NCBI GenBank assembly: GCA_963674735.2
Contig: CAXXQS010000001.1
Coordinates: 2,528,001-2,592,000 of the forward strand
Origin: Myxococcota bacterium
GTDB taxonomy: Bacteria > Myxococcota_A > SURF-8
Direction: 5' to 3'
DNA length: 64,000 nucleotides
Part shown: in pieces, positions 19,439 to 29,846 of the stretch
Layout: each line of letters starts with the position of its first letter
Numbering within the stretch: position 1 is the stretch's first letter
The notes under the pieces: model-generated
Databases searched by the model: none
Told to the model about the DNA's origin: nothing
What the model saw: only the letters and a program-made list of their open reading frames with translations
Translations under genes and position numbers: made by a program

Positions 19439-20611
19439 ATGAAAATCCACGAACATCAGGGCAAGGAACTTTTCCGACGCTACGGCGTACCCGTTCCGCA
19501 GGGACAAGCGGTTTTCAGCGTCCAGGAAGCGGAAGCGGCGGCCAAGGCACTCGATTCACCGGTCACGGTGGTCAAAGCCCAGATCCACGCCGGCGGTCGC
19601 GGCAAAGGCGGCGGCGTGAAAATCGCCAAGAACCTCGACGACGTGCGCCGCTATGCCGAATCCATTCTGGGCATGACCCTCGTCACCCACCAAACCGGTG
19701 CCGAAGGCCAGGTCGTCAAGCGCCTGCTGATCGAGGAAGGTTGCGATATCCAACGCGAACTCTACCTCGGATTGGTGCTCGACCGCGCCACCCGCCAAGT
19801 CGCCGTGATGGTGTCCACCGAAGGCGGAATGGAAATCGAAGAGGTAGCGGCCAAAACACCGGATAAAATCCACAAGGTGTTCGCCGATGTCTCCAGCGGA
19901 CTCCAACCCTTCCAGGCCCGTCAACTCGCGTTCGCCCTGGGATTGGAAGGCAAACTCGTCTCACAAGCGGTGAAATTGCTGACCGGCCTGTTTAAACTGT
20001 TTACCGAAATGGACGGCTCGCTGGTCGAAATCAATCCGTTGGTCGTGACCGGAGACGGCAAGCTGCTGGCGCTCGACGCGAAAATCAACCTCGACGATAA
20101 CGCCCTCTTCCGCCACCCGGAATTAAACGAATGGCGGGATCCCAACGAAGAAGACCCGATGGAAGCGGAGGCGTCCGAGTACGGTCTCACCTACATCAAA
20201 CTGGACGGCGACATCGGATGTCTGGTCAACGGTGCCGGGCTGGCGATGGCCACCATGGACGTCATCAAGCATTACAGCGGTGAACCGGCCAACTTCCTGG
20301 ACGTCGGGGGCGGCGCCAACGCTCAGCAAGTAGCCAAAGCTTTTACGATCATTATGTCCGACCCCAACGTGAAAGCAATTCTGGTCAATATCTTCGGCGG
20401 CATCATGCGCTGCGACACCATCGCCGAAGGCATCATTGCCGCCGTCAAGGAAGTCAGCCTGACAGTCCCCCTGGTGGTTAGGCTGTACGGCACGAAGATG
20501 GAAGAAGGCAACCGTTTGATTGCAGAATCGAAGCTTCCGATCATCACGGCCGAAAGCCTCGACGACGGTGCACGCAAGGCGGTAGCGGCGGCGAAAGGAG
20601 GGGCGGCATGA
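19439..20611 (+). CDS. sucC: Succinyl-CoA synthetase beta subunit
   Basis: MKIHEHQGK; [15 protein letters not shown]; [11 protein letters not shown]; PANFLDVGG; NIFGGIMRC. Confidence 0.98.
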   Translation: MKIHEHQGKELFRRYGVPVPQGQAVFSVQEAEAAAKALDSPVTVVKAQIHAGGRGKGGGVKIAKNLDDVRRYAESILGMTLVTHQTGAEGQVVKRLLIEEGCDIQRELYLGLVLDRATRQVAVMVSTEGGMEIEEVAAKTPDKIHKVFADVSSGLQPFQARQLAFALGLEGKLVSQAVKLLTGLFKLFTEMDGSLVEINPLVVTGDGKLLALDAKINLDDNALFRHPELNEWRDPNEEDPMEAEASEYGLTYIKLDGDIGCLVNGAGLAMATMDVIKHYSGEPANFLDVGGGANAQQVAKAFTIIMSDPNVKAILVNIFGGIMRCDTIAEGIIAAVKEVSLTVPLVVRLYGTKMEEGNRLIAESKLPIITAESLDDGARKAVAAAKGGAA

Positions 20612-21486
20612 GCATTCTCGTCAATCGTGACACACGCCTGGTGGTTCAAGGCATCACCGGCAAAACGGGTCAGTTCCACACCGGACTGATGCGTGAATAC
20701 GGCACCCACATCGTCGCCGGCGTCACTCCCGGAAAAGGCGGAACCGACTTCGAAGGCGTCCCCATTTTCAACACCCTGGCCGAAGCGAGAAAACAGACCG
20801 ATGCCAACGCCGCCGTGGTATTCGTTCCACCACCCTTTGCGGCCGATGCCATTCTGGAAGCCGCCGATGCGGAACTGCCGTTGGTGGTCGCCATCACGGA
20901 GGGAATTCCCACACTCGATATGGCACGCGTAATGGACGTGCTGCCCCATAGCGGAACTCGCCTGATCGGCCCGAATTGCCCCGGCGTCATCACTCCCGAT
21001 CAATGCAAAATCGGCATCATGCCCGGCGCCATCCACAAACCCGGCCCCATCGGGGTGATCAGTCGTTCCGGCACGCTCACCTATGTAGCCGTGGACCAAC
21101 TCACCAAACTCGGGCTGGGACAATCCACCGCTCTCGGAATCGGCGGAGACCCCATCATCGGGTCGAGCTTCATCGACATCCTCGACCTGTTCGAGAAAGA
21201 TGGTGAAACCGAAGCGGTTGTGATGATTGGAGAAATCGGCGGCGACATGGAAGAACGAGCCGCCGAATTCGTGCGCGACCACATGAGCAAGCCGGTCGTC
21301 GGCTTCATCGCCGGACAAACCGCGCCACCGGGAAAACGGATGGGCCACGCAGGAGCCATCATTTCCGGGGGAGCCGGAACCGCCGGCGCTAAAATCGCTA
21401 CAATGGAAGCCTGCGGCATCCATGTCTCCGAATTACCGACCGATATCGGACGCACCATGGCCCAGGCCATCGGCTGGAAAGGATAA
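20608..21486 (+). CDS. sucD: Succinyl-CoA synthetase alpha subunit
   Basis: VQGITG; GVTPGKGG; LIGPNCPG; RMGHAGAII (phospho-His); ATGA overlap with sucC. Confidence 0.98.
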   Translation: MSILVNRDTRLVVQGITGKTGQFHTGLMREYGTHIVAGVTPGKGGTDFEGVPIFNTLAEARKQTDANAAVVFVPPPFAADAILEAADAELPLVVAITEGIPTLDMARVMDVLPHSGTRLIGPNCPGVITPDQCKIGIMPGAIHKPGPIGVISRSGTLTYVAVDQLTKLGLGQSTALGIGGDPIIGSSFIDILDLFEKDGETEAVVMIGEIGGDMEERAAEFVRDHMSKPVVGFIAGQTAPPGKRMGHAGAIISGGAGTAGAKIATMEACGIHVSELPTDIGRTMAQAIGWKG

Positions 21487-21514
21487 AATCTCACCAGCAA
21501 CAGCTTAAAATACC

Positions 21515-21543
21515 AAGCCCCGGTCTATTTGGCCGGGGCTTTC
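21515..21543 (+). terminator. Intrinsic terminator after sucD
   Basis: AAGCCCCGGTC-TATTT-GGCCGGGGCTT followed by T-rich tail. Confidence 0.75.
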
Positions 21544-21569
21544 TCATTTTTCTTGGATAATCGAAACCT

Positions 21570-21986
21570 TCAATCGTCTTTTAGAAAATCTTTGATTTCC
21601 CGAAGCAACGTTTCCCAATCGAACGGCTTTTGGAAAAGACGGTTGACATTGAGCATACCGGCCGACTCGATTTCTTCGAGCGCTCCGTTTTCACCACTTA
21701 AAATAAATACCGGCACATGCTCGGAATATTTCCGAATTTCACGAACCAAGCTGAGGCCATCCAGTTCAGGAAGGTTCAAGTCCACCAGGCACAAATGAAT
21801 CGCGTCCCGATAGGTCTTGAAAAGGTTCAAAGCCGACACGCCATCACCGGCATGCACAACTTTAAAACCAGCCAACTTAAGGTATTCAATGAGAATATCG
21901 CGATTGGAGGGTTCGTCTTCCGCCAACAGAATCATTGGAACCCCATTACCATGTATACTGCGCTGGTCGGATTCATGCGAACTCAT
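21570..21986 (-). CDS. Single-domain response regulator (CheY-like receiver)
   Basis: ILLAEDE; LVDLNLPELDG; ILSG; QKPF. Confidence 0.9.
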   Translation of the reverse strand: MSSHESDQRSIHGNGVPMILLAEDEPSNRDILIEYLKLAGFKVVHAGDGVSALNLFKTYRDAIHLCLVDLNLPELDGLSLVREIRKYSEHVPVFILSGENGALEEIESAGMLNVNRLFQKPFDWETLLREIKDFLKDD

Positions 21987-22111
21987 AACATCACCTTTCC
22001 AAACGGCACGAACCTTGGGTCATCTCCGACCTCGAAAAAGTGATTTTACCCCGATCAAGGCAAATTGGCAATCATTTCCGCCATCCCGCAACGAAAGATA
22101 AAAAGCGAGGC

Positions 22112-22951
22112 TCAACCCTTCTCACTGGAGGGCTGGGCAACATCCGGCGGGATTTCCCCCGTCAAGCGCCCGCGATCTTTCCAAGCGATGGTCAAGAAAA
22201 CAAAACCTAGCAGAAAGAAGGGTATGCTGAGGTACTGCCCCATCGTCAAGACCGATGACGTACTCAAGGTTTGGTATTCCTTGAAGAATTCAACCACAAA
22301 CCGCCCGGCGAAATACAGAACCAGAAAAGTTCCGATCAGAAGCCCGCGCGGGCGCCGGTTTTTCATCTTGGTGTCCATGATCAGAAGAACGACAAAAATG
22401 AACAAGCCCATAGCCGCTTCATACAACTGCGAGGGATGACGGGCAAATCGGCCGCCGTCGAACGCGCGCGGAAAATGCACGGCCCACGGAACATCCGTCA
22501 CTCGGCCCACGATTTCCGAGTTGAAAAAATTGCCGATCCGCACGAAGGTCGCCGCCGTCACGGCCGCCCAAGCCGTATAATCCTGCACGACCAGCAAGGG
22601 GATTCGCTTGGCGTAGGCGTAAACGAAAGAACCGATAATCAAACCGATCGTCCCGCCATGGCTGGCCAGCCCCCCCTTCCAGATGTACAACATTTCGATG
22701 GGGTTGGCTAAATATCGTGCGGGTTCGTAAAAAAGGCAGTGCCCGAAGCGCGCACCCAAAATGCCGAGAATCGTCATGTAATAGAAATAACTGTAGATTT
22801 TATCCTCCGGGTAGTTCATACGCTCCAAAGAACGCCGCCAGAGGGTAAAACCGATCAAGATACCAGTGGCAAACAGCAGACCATAGTAGCGAATCTGAAG
22901 CGGACCCAGCCTCAAAATAGTCGGGTCCACATCCCAGACAAAATGTTCCAT
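22112..22951 (-). CDS. lgt: Prolipoprotein diacylglyceryl transferase
   Basis: IRYYGL; GARFGH; WKGGLASHGG; RIGNFFNSEIVG; RHPSQLYE; RFVVEFFK. Confidence 0.96.
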   Translation of the reverse strand: MEHFVWDVDPTILRLGPLQIRYYGLLFATGILIGFTLWRRSLERMNYPEDKIYSYFYYMTILGILGARFGHCLFYEPARYLANPIEMLYIWKGGLASHGGTIGLIIGSFVYAYAKRIPLLVVQDYTAWAAVTAATFVRIGNFFNSEIVGRVTDVPWAVHFPRAFDGGRFARHPSQLYEAAMGLFIFVVLLIMDTKMKNRRPRGLLIGTFLVLYFAGRFVVEFFKEYQTLSTSSVLTMGQYLSIPFFLLGFVFLTIAWKDRGRLTGEIPPDVAQPSSEKG

Positions 22952-23029
22952 GACTCTCCCTCCAAATCAAAAGCTATCGGGAATATGGATCAAGGAAGGC
23001 TTAACTGCAAGCAATTCCGACACAAACTC

Positions 23030-23731
23030 TCAACTTTGTTCGTCCAGTACCTCGCTCAGCGAGTTGACATAACGCTGAACATCGCCTTTATGCTTGCGGG
23101 AATCGAATAGAAGCTGAACGCCGATACCGGGCCGTTCTCCACGTCGATTGGCCCAGACCACACGCCCCTCCATCACCATCGGACGTAGAAATTGCTTATC
23201 GTGCAGAAAGAAAAGGAAGCGTTCGCCTTCTTCAAGGATCCGATCGGTTTCGATATACAAGCCGGTGCTGGAAATGTTGGACAAACGCTCCCGTACCAGC
23301 TTGCGCTTAAAGAGGTATTCGCAACGCAGCGACACACGAATGCGGTTTTCCTTGCGGTCATCCACCGACTTGAGCACTTCGTCTTCATCTTTCGATGCAA
23401 CGAAGGTTAAAAGCTCTTTCAACGCTTTTCGGGAAGCAGGAAGAAATTCGATACCCACGCCGGGGGGCAACTGCGGACGCATGGGCGGTCGCGAATGACG
23501 CCAGACCACTTTGCCGTCCATCTCGTATTTTTTGGATGTCCCGACGAAAGCCAGGCGAAAATGCACCCGGCCCGAAACACTGTCACTGATTTTTCCCGGT
23601 GGACCCGCCCAGTGAAATCCGCCGATTCCCACATCGGGCAGAAAATAGTCGAGGAAATCCCGCTTATTGAGAAATCGGATCTCCACCTTGGGTATACGTT
23701 CGGAACTCTGTTGGTCGCGTGCGGCCGTCAT
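23030..23731 (-). CDS. Tandem PilZ-domain protein (start may extend to 23815)
   Basis: C-terminal PilZ with RKENR and NISSTG; degenerate N-terminal PilZ (DVGIGG...GKVVWR...GVGIEF); RBS GGAGG. Confidence 0.82.
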   Translation of the reverse strand: MTAARDQQSSERIPKVEIRFLNKRDFLDYFLPDVGIGGFHWAGPPGKISDSVSGRVHFRLAFVGTSKKYEMDGKVVWRHSRPPMRPQLPPGVGIEFLPASRKALKELLTFVASKDEDEVLKSVDDRKENRIRVSLRCEYLFKRKLVRERLSNISSTGLYIETDRILEEGERFLFFLHDKQFLRPMVMEGRVVWANRRGERPGIGVQLLFDSRKHKGDVQRYVNSLSEVLDEQS

Positions 23732-23851
23732 GCTGCCTGCCTCCCTCAGGTCTGATAGTATACCCGTGAACGCATCCAGGCACAACTTTTGCCCGCTATT
23801 GTTAGGGCGTTTCAATTCTGATTGAGTCTCGAATTATCTTCGATTGGTGAT

Positions 23852-23927
23852 GGGTGGCACGGGCTAAACCGTCAGGTTTGCCCGTGAAAACAGCATGGGC
23901 AAGCCAAAGGCTTGGCCCATGGCACCC
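23852..23927. repeat. Inverted doublet of REP-like palindromes (REPIN-like)
   Basis: Plus-strand copy GGGTGGCACGGGCTAAACCGTCAGGTTTGCCCGTG (23852-23886); minus-strand copy GGGTGCCATGGGCCAAGCCTTTGGCTTGCCCATG (23894-23927). Confidence 0.7.
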
Positions 23928-24003
23928 CCTAAGCCGAATTATAGTAGGTGGAAAACGGTGAAAAGCTTAGAATTGAAACGCCGTGCGCTATTGTGTGATC
24001 TTT

Positions 24004-25068
24004 TCAGTTCCGCCGCCGATCGACCAGCACCCATAAAAATACCAGCATCGGAACACTCAGCGTCCCGACAGCCGGAAAGAGAATACCCGCCTCGGCCGCC
24101 GCTTTGCCAAGCGCCACCAGCGCAAACACGACCAATCCCGCCACAAGGCCCAGCATCACCGTACCAACCCGGCCCATCCCTCCCCGCACCAGCATCGCGC
24201 GCCGCCAAGCCAGACGCGCCGCCAGAAACGGAAACAGCAAGCACAACAAAGGCAGAGATCCGCGTAATCCGAGACCGGTGGCGTAAGCCGCTCGCGCGGG
24301 TATTTGCGCAGGCATCCACGCCAGATAGTCGAGAAGCCGACCGGCGGTCATGCTTTCGGAGGTGGGATAGCGAGCATCGAAAAACTCGGGGGGTTCCAGG
24401 GCTTTCGCCCAGATGGCATCGGCAGAGATATCGAGCTTTCGAGCAGAGCCATCGACTGCCTCTGGAAGCTGCGACCAGCCCTCGCCATTCCAGGCCAGAT
24501 GCTCGGCTTCCAGCGGATCGCCCCACCCATCAACCGCTTCGGCCGGATACAATAAAACATTCGAAAGCTCATCTCCTCGGCGCTCGCCCACTCGCCAAAC
24601 ACCGGAAGGTCCGGCAACCCACCGAACTCCCGAAAGATTTTCATTCGGTTCAACATGCTGGACATCTGTCTGCATGAGCAGGCGGGTGGTATTTTCGGAC
24701 GGGGGCAACCACCACTCGCCAATGGCGATCATTCCGACTGCCGCCACCAGTCCGGTCAACGCGAAGGGCAAGAGGCCGCGACATTCTTTCTGTGCCGCCG
24801 CGTGTAAAACCAGCGCCTCTCCGGTTCGGGCCATTTCCATCATGACCGCCAAACAACCGAAAAGAACGGCAAACGGCAACATCTGGTAAAGCGCCGTCGG
24901 CAACCGTAAAAGGAACAAATCGAACACGATAATCACCGGGGCGGCATTGGCCAGGCACACGCGCACATGCTCGATCATATCGAATAGGCTGAACAACAAA
25001 ACCAGCCCGATCAAGCTCAGGAAAACGATGCGCATCGTCCGCCTTCCGATATGCAGCAGATGCATCAT
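24004..25068 (-). CDS. lptG: LPS export ABC permease, LptG-like
   Basis: ATG at 25068 overlaps the lptF stop; LRLP...QMLPFAVLFG...MARTGEALVL; paired with lptF. Confidence 0.75.
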   Translation of the reverse strand: MMHLLHIGRRTMRIVFLSLIGLVLLFSLFDMIEHVRVCLANAAPVIIVFDLFLLRLPTALYQMLPFAVLFGCLAVMMEMARTGEALVLHAAAQKECRGLLPFALTGLVAAVGMIAIGEWWLPPSENTTRLLMQTDVQHVEPNENLSGVRWVAGPSGVWRVGERRGDELSNVLLYPAEAVDGWGDPLEAEHLAWNGEGWSQLPEAVDGSARKLDISADAIWAKALEPPEFFDARYPTSESMTAGRLLDYLAWMPAQIPARAAYATGLGLRGSLPLLCLLFPFLAARLAWRRAMLVRGGMGRVGTVMLGLVAGLVVFALVALGKAAAEAGILFPAVGTLSVPMLVFLWVLVDRRRN

Positions 25069-26150
25069 TCCCGCCGCCTCCCGGGCCACAACAACAGCGC
25101 CACGACCAGAAATAACAGTGCAAGCGGCGGCAGCGGAGCCCATTCCGGGGCAAGCGTTCCCTTCTCGCCCAACGCCATACCCAGCCGTTCGAGCAGGTAA
25201 TAAACCGTTACACAGGCTGCCGAAGCAGCATAAACGCCCGCCGAGGAACTGGGTGTCCAGCGCAGCCCCAAACCAACGGCCAGCAGCCCGAAGCCGAGCG
25301 CCGCCAACGGAGCCGCCAGACGCAAGGCCAAGGTCGCGCGCCAACGCCGTCGCTCGGGATTCCCATCATCCGGGTTTTGAAGACGCGCCATCAGTTCTAT
25401 CGACGACCATCCTTGCCAGGGAACCAGCACACCTGCCAACCCATCTCCCGCGCCGTGAACGGACAAGGGAACGGAAACCGTTCGAAACGCCAACCGATCT
25501 CGCAGTTTATCTCCCCGTCGTTCCCAAACACCGTTTTCCATCTCCAGCCGGAATCCGAAACGCTGCGGCACACAGCGGGCCGATTCTGCCCGGATAACAT
25601 CGGTCTCCCCGCCATCCTCCCGAACGATCAACGGATGCCGCCAAGCGCCGTCGGGCGTGATCTCAGCAACATAGATCTTCGCATCCCCCAGCCGAACGAA
25701 GCGACCCGGCTGAATCATGCGCGCCAGCGCTTCCGGCGCGGCCTCTTTTATAAGCGCTTCACCCAAAGCTAAATTCGCCGGTGCGACGAGATGAACGAAC
25801 CCGGCCACTCCCAGTGCGACCCCAAGCGAAAGCGGAGCGGTCAGCCAAGCAACCCGATTGAACGAAACCCCGACAGCTCGCAACCCTATCCACTCGCCAT
25901 CGCGCCGCCAGCGCGCCAGAACCGCCCACAAAGCCGCCAGATGTCCCACCGGCAGCACCACAGCCAGAAAACCCGGCACAACGGCCCCCATGAGGCTCAA
26001 AAGCACCCACGCGTCGTACCCCGAACGAAACACCAGAGGGGCCAGGCGCGCCAACTGCATCACCAGCAGGACGGCCAGAATACCGAAAACGGCTACCGCA
26101 AAGGTTTGCGCCCATTCTCCCCACAAACTTTTAGCCAGTGTCCAACGCAT
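25065..26150 (-). CDS. lptF: LPS export ABC permease, LptF-like
   Basis: PGFLAVVLP; RWRRDGEWIGLRAVGVS; IQPGRF; RLAAPLA; 3 TM + jellyroll + 3 TM topology. Confidence 0.8.
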   Translation of the reverse strand: MRWTLAKSLWGEWAQTFAVAVFGILAVLLVMQLARLAPLVFRSGYDAWVLLSLMGAVVPGFLAVVLPVGHLAALWAVLARWRRDGEWIGLRAVGVSFNRVAWLTAPLSLGVALGVAGFVHLVAPANLALGEALIKEAAPEALARMIQPGRFVRLGDAKIYVAEITPDGAWRHPLIVREDGGETDVIRAESARCVPQRFGFRLEMENGVWERRGDKLRDRLAFRTVSVPLSVHGAGDGLAGVLVPWQGWSSIELMARLQNPDDGNPERRRWRATLALRLAAPLAALGFGLLAVGLGLRWTPSSSAGVYAASAACVTVYYLLERLGMALGEKGTLAPEWAPLPPLALLFLVVALLLWPGRRRE

Positions 26151-26316
26151 GCCGAGACGCTAGCACGGCCCGCCTTTGAGCGCAACGTCCGGTCGCGATA
26201 CAATCCGACAAATTCGTCCCAGATGATTTTTATGGACAGTTTTCAAATGATTGGCTAATTTAAAGTGTCTAGCCGGAAGATAGATCAATCCGCAGGCGGG
26301 AAAGGGCGCTGACTCC

Positions 26317-27204
26317 ATGATTGTTACGTTGCTCGGGGTTCGGGGATCGCGACCGGTGGCGATGATGGACGTGCTCCGTTATGGCGGGAACACCACGTCG
26401 TTCAAAATCGAAGCTCATGACATGCCGCCCATCTATGTCGATGGCGGAACCGGTCTGTACGAAGAAGGCCTGCGTCTGGGCAGCGAAGGAATCCCGGAGA
26501 CCCTCAATATCTTCGTCACGCACACACACTGGGATCACATCCTGGCGTTTCCCTTTTTCAAGCCGCTTTACCATGAAGGCTGCTCGATCAACATCTACGC
26601 CCCGGTTTCGCGAGGACAACGCTTCATCGAGTTGATCCAGGGGCAGCACACCCCGCGAGCCTTTCCGGTCCCCTTCAGCCAGTTAAAAGCCAATCAGAAC
26701 TTCATCGACGCCAAACCGGGTGATTGTTTCGACCTGGGGAGCAGTGTCGCCCGCTGTTTCCAACTTAACCATCCCGGCACCACACTTGGCTGGCGCTTCG
26801 AAGCCGATGACCGCGCAGTGGCCATCATCACCGACACCGCACCGATCGCGGGCAATTACCTCGGCGAAGGCATGTCCGAGAAAGCCGAATCCGATCCAAC
26901 CTCCTTTGAAGCGTCTTTTCACGATGGCCTGGTGGACTTCATGCGAAACGCCGATCTGGTCATCTTCGACACGCATTTCACCGAGGAAGGCATCGTCGAT
27001 CGCCGTCACTGGGGCCATTCAACCCCGGAAATGGCTATCGATCTTTGCTTGGAAGCCGGTGCCAAACGGTTGGTTCTGCACCACCACGCGCCGGAAGACA
27101 CCGATGAACGGGTGGACAAAAAGGCCGACGCCATCTGGAAAAAACTGCAGAATCACAACCTGCAAGTAGAACCCGGCGTTGAAGGAATGAAAATATGGCT
27201 CTGA
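26317..27204 (+). CDS. MBL-fold metallo-hydrolase (PhnP/RNase BN-like)
   Basis: GVRGS..YGGNT; DGGTG; THTHWDH; HPG; TDT; WGHS; LHHHAP. Confidence 0.9.
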   Translation: MIVTLLGVRGSRPVAMMDVLRYGGNTTSFKIEAHDMPPIYVDGGTGLYEEGLRLGSEGIPETLNIFVTHTHWDHILAFPFFKPLYHEGCSINIYAPVSRGQRFIELIQGQHTPRAFPVPFSQLKANQNFIDAKPGDCFDLGSSVARCFQLNHPGTTLGWRFEADDRAVAIITDTAPIAGNYLGEGMSEKAESDPTSFEASFHDGLVDFMRNADLVIFDTHFTEEGIVDRRHWGHSTPEMAIDLCLEAGAKRLVLHHHAPEDTDERVDKKADAIWKKLQNHNLQVEPGVEGMKIWL

Positions 27205-28034
27205 AAGTCCGGTTTTACGGTACACGCGGCCAAATCATGTCGGTCTCGCGCGATCGCTTCATTTACGGCGGCCACACCAGTTGCGTCACCTTGTCGCAGG
27301 AGGAGGAGTTGATCATCCTCGATGCCGGCTTCGGTATCGCCAATCTGGCCGGCGATTTGATGAAAACCCAACCGCTCACGGAAGGCGGCCAGAGCTATCA
27401 TCTGTTCCTCACCCACTTTCACTGGGATCACATTCAAGGCCTGCAATACTTCACCCCGATCTATTTCCCGGGCAATCACATTCACGTCTACAGTCCCTTC
27501 GATGTGGATGTCATGCAAGAGGTTTTGAATGTCCTGCTGGACGATTCCTACACCCCTTTCAGCGGGTTGGACAGCCTGCCCTGCGAATGGCACTTCGAGA
27601 AACTGAACGCCGCCAAACAAGTCGGCTCATTCACGGTTTCGCATCATCCCACTTCGCACCTTGGCGAATGCTACGCCTACCGCCTGACGACCGACGAGGG
27701 ACGCGTCAGCTTTATCACCGATCACAATGCCGAACCCTCGGCCAACAACGAATCGCTGGTCAAATGGGCGGCCAGTTGCGATCTGCTGATTCACGAAGCC
27801 ATGTTCACACCGGGAGAATTCAATCATTTTCCCGATTTCGGCCACTCGTCTTTTACCTCGGCCATGGAAAACGCCCAACGCATCGGCGCTCCTCTCACGC
27901 TCCTGACTCACCACGCGCCGCTGCGGAGCGACTCCGAGTTGGCTGATCACGAGCGTTATCTGGAGCGATTGTTCAACAACAAAGAACAACGACTAGCTTT
28001 CGCCCGCGAAGAAATCGACTACCCGGTTCGCTGA
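27195..28034 (+). CDS. MBL-fold metallo-hydrolase, paralog of the upstream gene
   Basis: FYGTRG..YGGHTSC; DAGFG; THFHWDH; TDH; FGHSS; THHAP. Confidence 0.9.
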   Translation: MALKVRFYGTRGQIMSVSRDRFIYGGHTSCVTLSQEEELIILDAGFGIANLAGDLMKTQPLTEGGQSYHLFLTHFHWDHIQGLQYFTPIYFPGNHIHVYSPFDVDVMQEVLNVLLDDSYTPFSGLDSLPCEWHFEKLNAAKQVGSFTVSHHPTSHLGECYAYRLTTDEGRVSFITDHNAEPSANNESLVKWAASCDLLIHEAMFTPGEFNHFPDFGHSSFTSAMENAQRIGAPLTLLTHHAPLRSDSELADHERYLERLFNNKEQRLAFAREEIDYPVR

Positions 28035-28249
28035 CCGACCCGGACCATGTCGTCACACCTCTTTTCATCCGAAGCGACCAAGAGTCTCTATCCTCACTGC
28101 CTTTATTTGGGTGCTATGACATTTTCGCCATACTTTTACCCTGACTCCGAGTTTGTTTTCGGCCTAAAAATTGACCAACAACCAAACCCTTCCCGATCAT
28201 GTTGAAACAATACCGGGTCATTTCAAAGCCTTGCACAATACCGTCAAAA

Positions 28250-28266
28250 TTGGCAACTTGTTTGCA
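28250..28266 (+). promoter_or_regulatory. Sigma54 (-24/-12) promoter
   Basis: TTGGCAACTTGTTTGCA gives GG-N10-GC, about 65 nt upstream of ATG 28330. Confidence 0.65.
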
Positions 28267-28329
28267 AACAACAAAGTTCAATATCGCGCACCTTCAACAG
28301 ACTCACCCATCGAGATCGGGGAGGTAATC

Positions 28330-29763
28330 ATGGAAAGCGAGTCGTCAATGAATCAGGCCATTCACTTATGTCGTTTTTGCCGCAAGGCTGTTTTCAGAGG
28401 GGTTCCCGGTCTGCTGATTCTGTACATCATTGGCATCATGCTGCTATGCGGGTGTCTCGAAAGCGATTACGGCGGCAAGAACATCAATGAATCCAAGCCC
28501 GGCAATAAAGACCAAGGGACCGATATCTTCTTCGATCTGGCCTTGAGTGAGGATGGCCGCCACCTGGTCGGCGTGCTGCAGGAAAGCGAAAGCGAAGAAT
28601 GGAGCATCTGGGGGCTGGATCTCAGTTCTCATGAATCCGTCCAACTCGACGTGCCGGATACCGCCACGCGCGTCGTTTTCAGCGACAATGACATCGCCTT
28701 CGTGCTATCTGAGCGAGAAGTCACCGAGGTTTCGCTGATCAACGGTGAGGCCTTGCGACGCTTTCCCATTCGCGAGCCGTATTCTTTCATCACTCTCAAC
28801 GAACGTAGAGATAAACTGGCGGTCTTCACCACCTGGTCCACCTGGGAAGCCGTTCCGAAATTGAGTGTCATCGACCTGGAAAACGACGAAATCTTCGCCC
28901 ACACGTTCGATTATCCGGTTTTCGACGCGAAGTGGGTATCCTCCACCGGCGATTTGGCCGTGGTACTCGATATCGACAACGAGCATTCGGAGGTGGTGTT
29001 TATGATCGAAGGCCACTACGGACTCATGTCCGCGCCGTTGCCTCATTGCGCCAGCTACCTGGAAATGTCGCCCGATGCGGAGATCGGCATGGTAGCCCCC
29101 ACGCGCTGCCCGATCGACCCGGTATCGGTGATCGATCTGGTCAACCGCGACTACCTGCACACCCTGCCGGGTTTCGGACCGGTGGCGTTCGCCCCGAATG
29201 GTCAATATGCCGTCGCTTTCGGGCGCAAAGACGACCTGAAAGAGACCGGCGGTATCGAAACCGATACCGATTACAGTCTATTGTTCATCGAGCTGCCGTC
29301 CCTCGAACTTTCGGTATTTGAGTTGGGTGATGATCTGCCCATCTACGCCATAACCCCCGACAGCGACACGCTGCTCTTATATTCCGAATCTTTAGGTCAG
29401 GATTATTACGGCATTTACTTGTTCGACGTGCCCTCCCGCAGTTTGAGCACAACCACCAACGATAATCTTACGTTACGCGAATTCGTCATCACACCGGACA
29501 GCCAGATGGTCTATTTGATCGACGGCAAGCTGCACTATCTCGACATTCAAACGGGCGAAGTGGAGGCGATCACGCTCAACCACGGTGATTTCGAAGACTT
29601 GGACGCAGACGATGTCCCCGAACGTCTGAACATCACCCCGGATGGCCAAACCCTGGTTCTGGGTTTCCTCACCGACAGCCGCTACCTGCTTTACGACCTT
29701 GAGGCACAGCAAATCACCGATTTACTCTGGTTGGGCGAGACTGCGGATGAAGAAGAGGAATGA
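28330..29763 (+). CDS. Beta-propeller (YncE/WD40-like) lipoprotein
   Basis: RBS GGGGAGG; hydrophobic segment ending LLCGC; repeated (S/T)PD(G/S) blades; GFGPVAF. Confidence 0.75.
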   Translation: MESESSMNQAIHLCRFCRKAVFRGVPGLLILYIIGIMLLCGCLESDYGGKNINESKPGNKDQGTDIFFDLALSEDGRHLVGVLQESESEEWSIWGLDLSSHESVQLDVPDTATRVVFSDNDIAFVLSEREVTEVSLINGEALRRFPIREPYSFITLNERRDKLAVFTTWSTWEAVPKLSVIDLENDEIFAHTFDYPVFDAKWVSSTGDLAVVLDIDNEHSEVVFMIEGHYGLMSAPLPHCASYLEMSPDAEIGMVAPTRCPIDPVSVIDLVNRDYLHTLPGFGPVAFAPNGQYAVAFGRKDDLKETGGIETDTDYSLLFIELPSLELSVFELGDDLPIYAITPDSDTLLLYSESLGQDYYGIYLFDVPSRSLSTTTNDNLTLREFVITPDSQMVYLIDGKLHYLDIQTGEVEAITLNHGDFEDLDADDVPERLNITPDGQTLVLGFLTDSRYLLYDLEAQQITDLLWLGETADEEEE

Positions 29764-29799
29764 TCCCGGCGGATTAACAAAACACCTTTGAAATTAAAA

Positions 29800-29823
29800 G
29801 ACCGGATCCGCGTGGATCCGGTC
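29800..29823. terminator. Hairpin between convergent genes (probable bidirectional terminator)
   Basis: GACCGGATCC-GCGT-GGATCCGGTC with an A-rich left flank. Confidence 0.6.
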
Positions 29824-29846
29824 GTGTATTTTCGGAGGAAAGAAAC

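Noticed and set aside
23852-23927. c-di-GMP-I riboswitch (GGGCAAACC) upstream of the PilZ gene
   Set aside because: Lacks the GNRA loop/receptor and GACGCAAAGC; better explained as an inverted REP-like doublet
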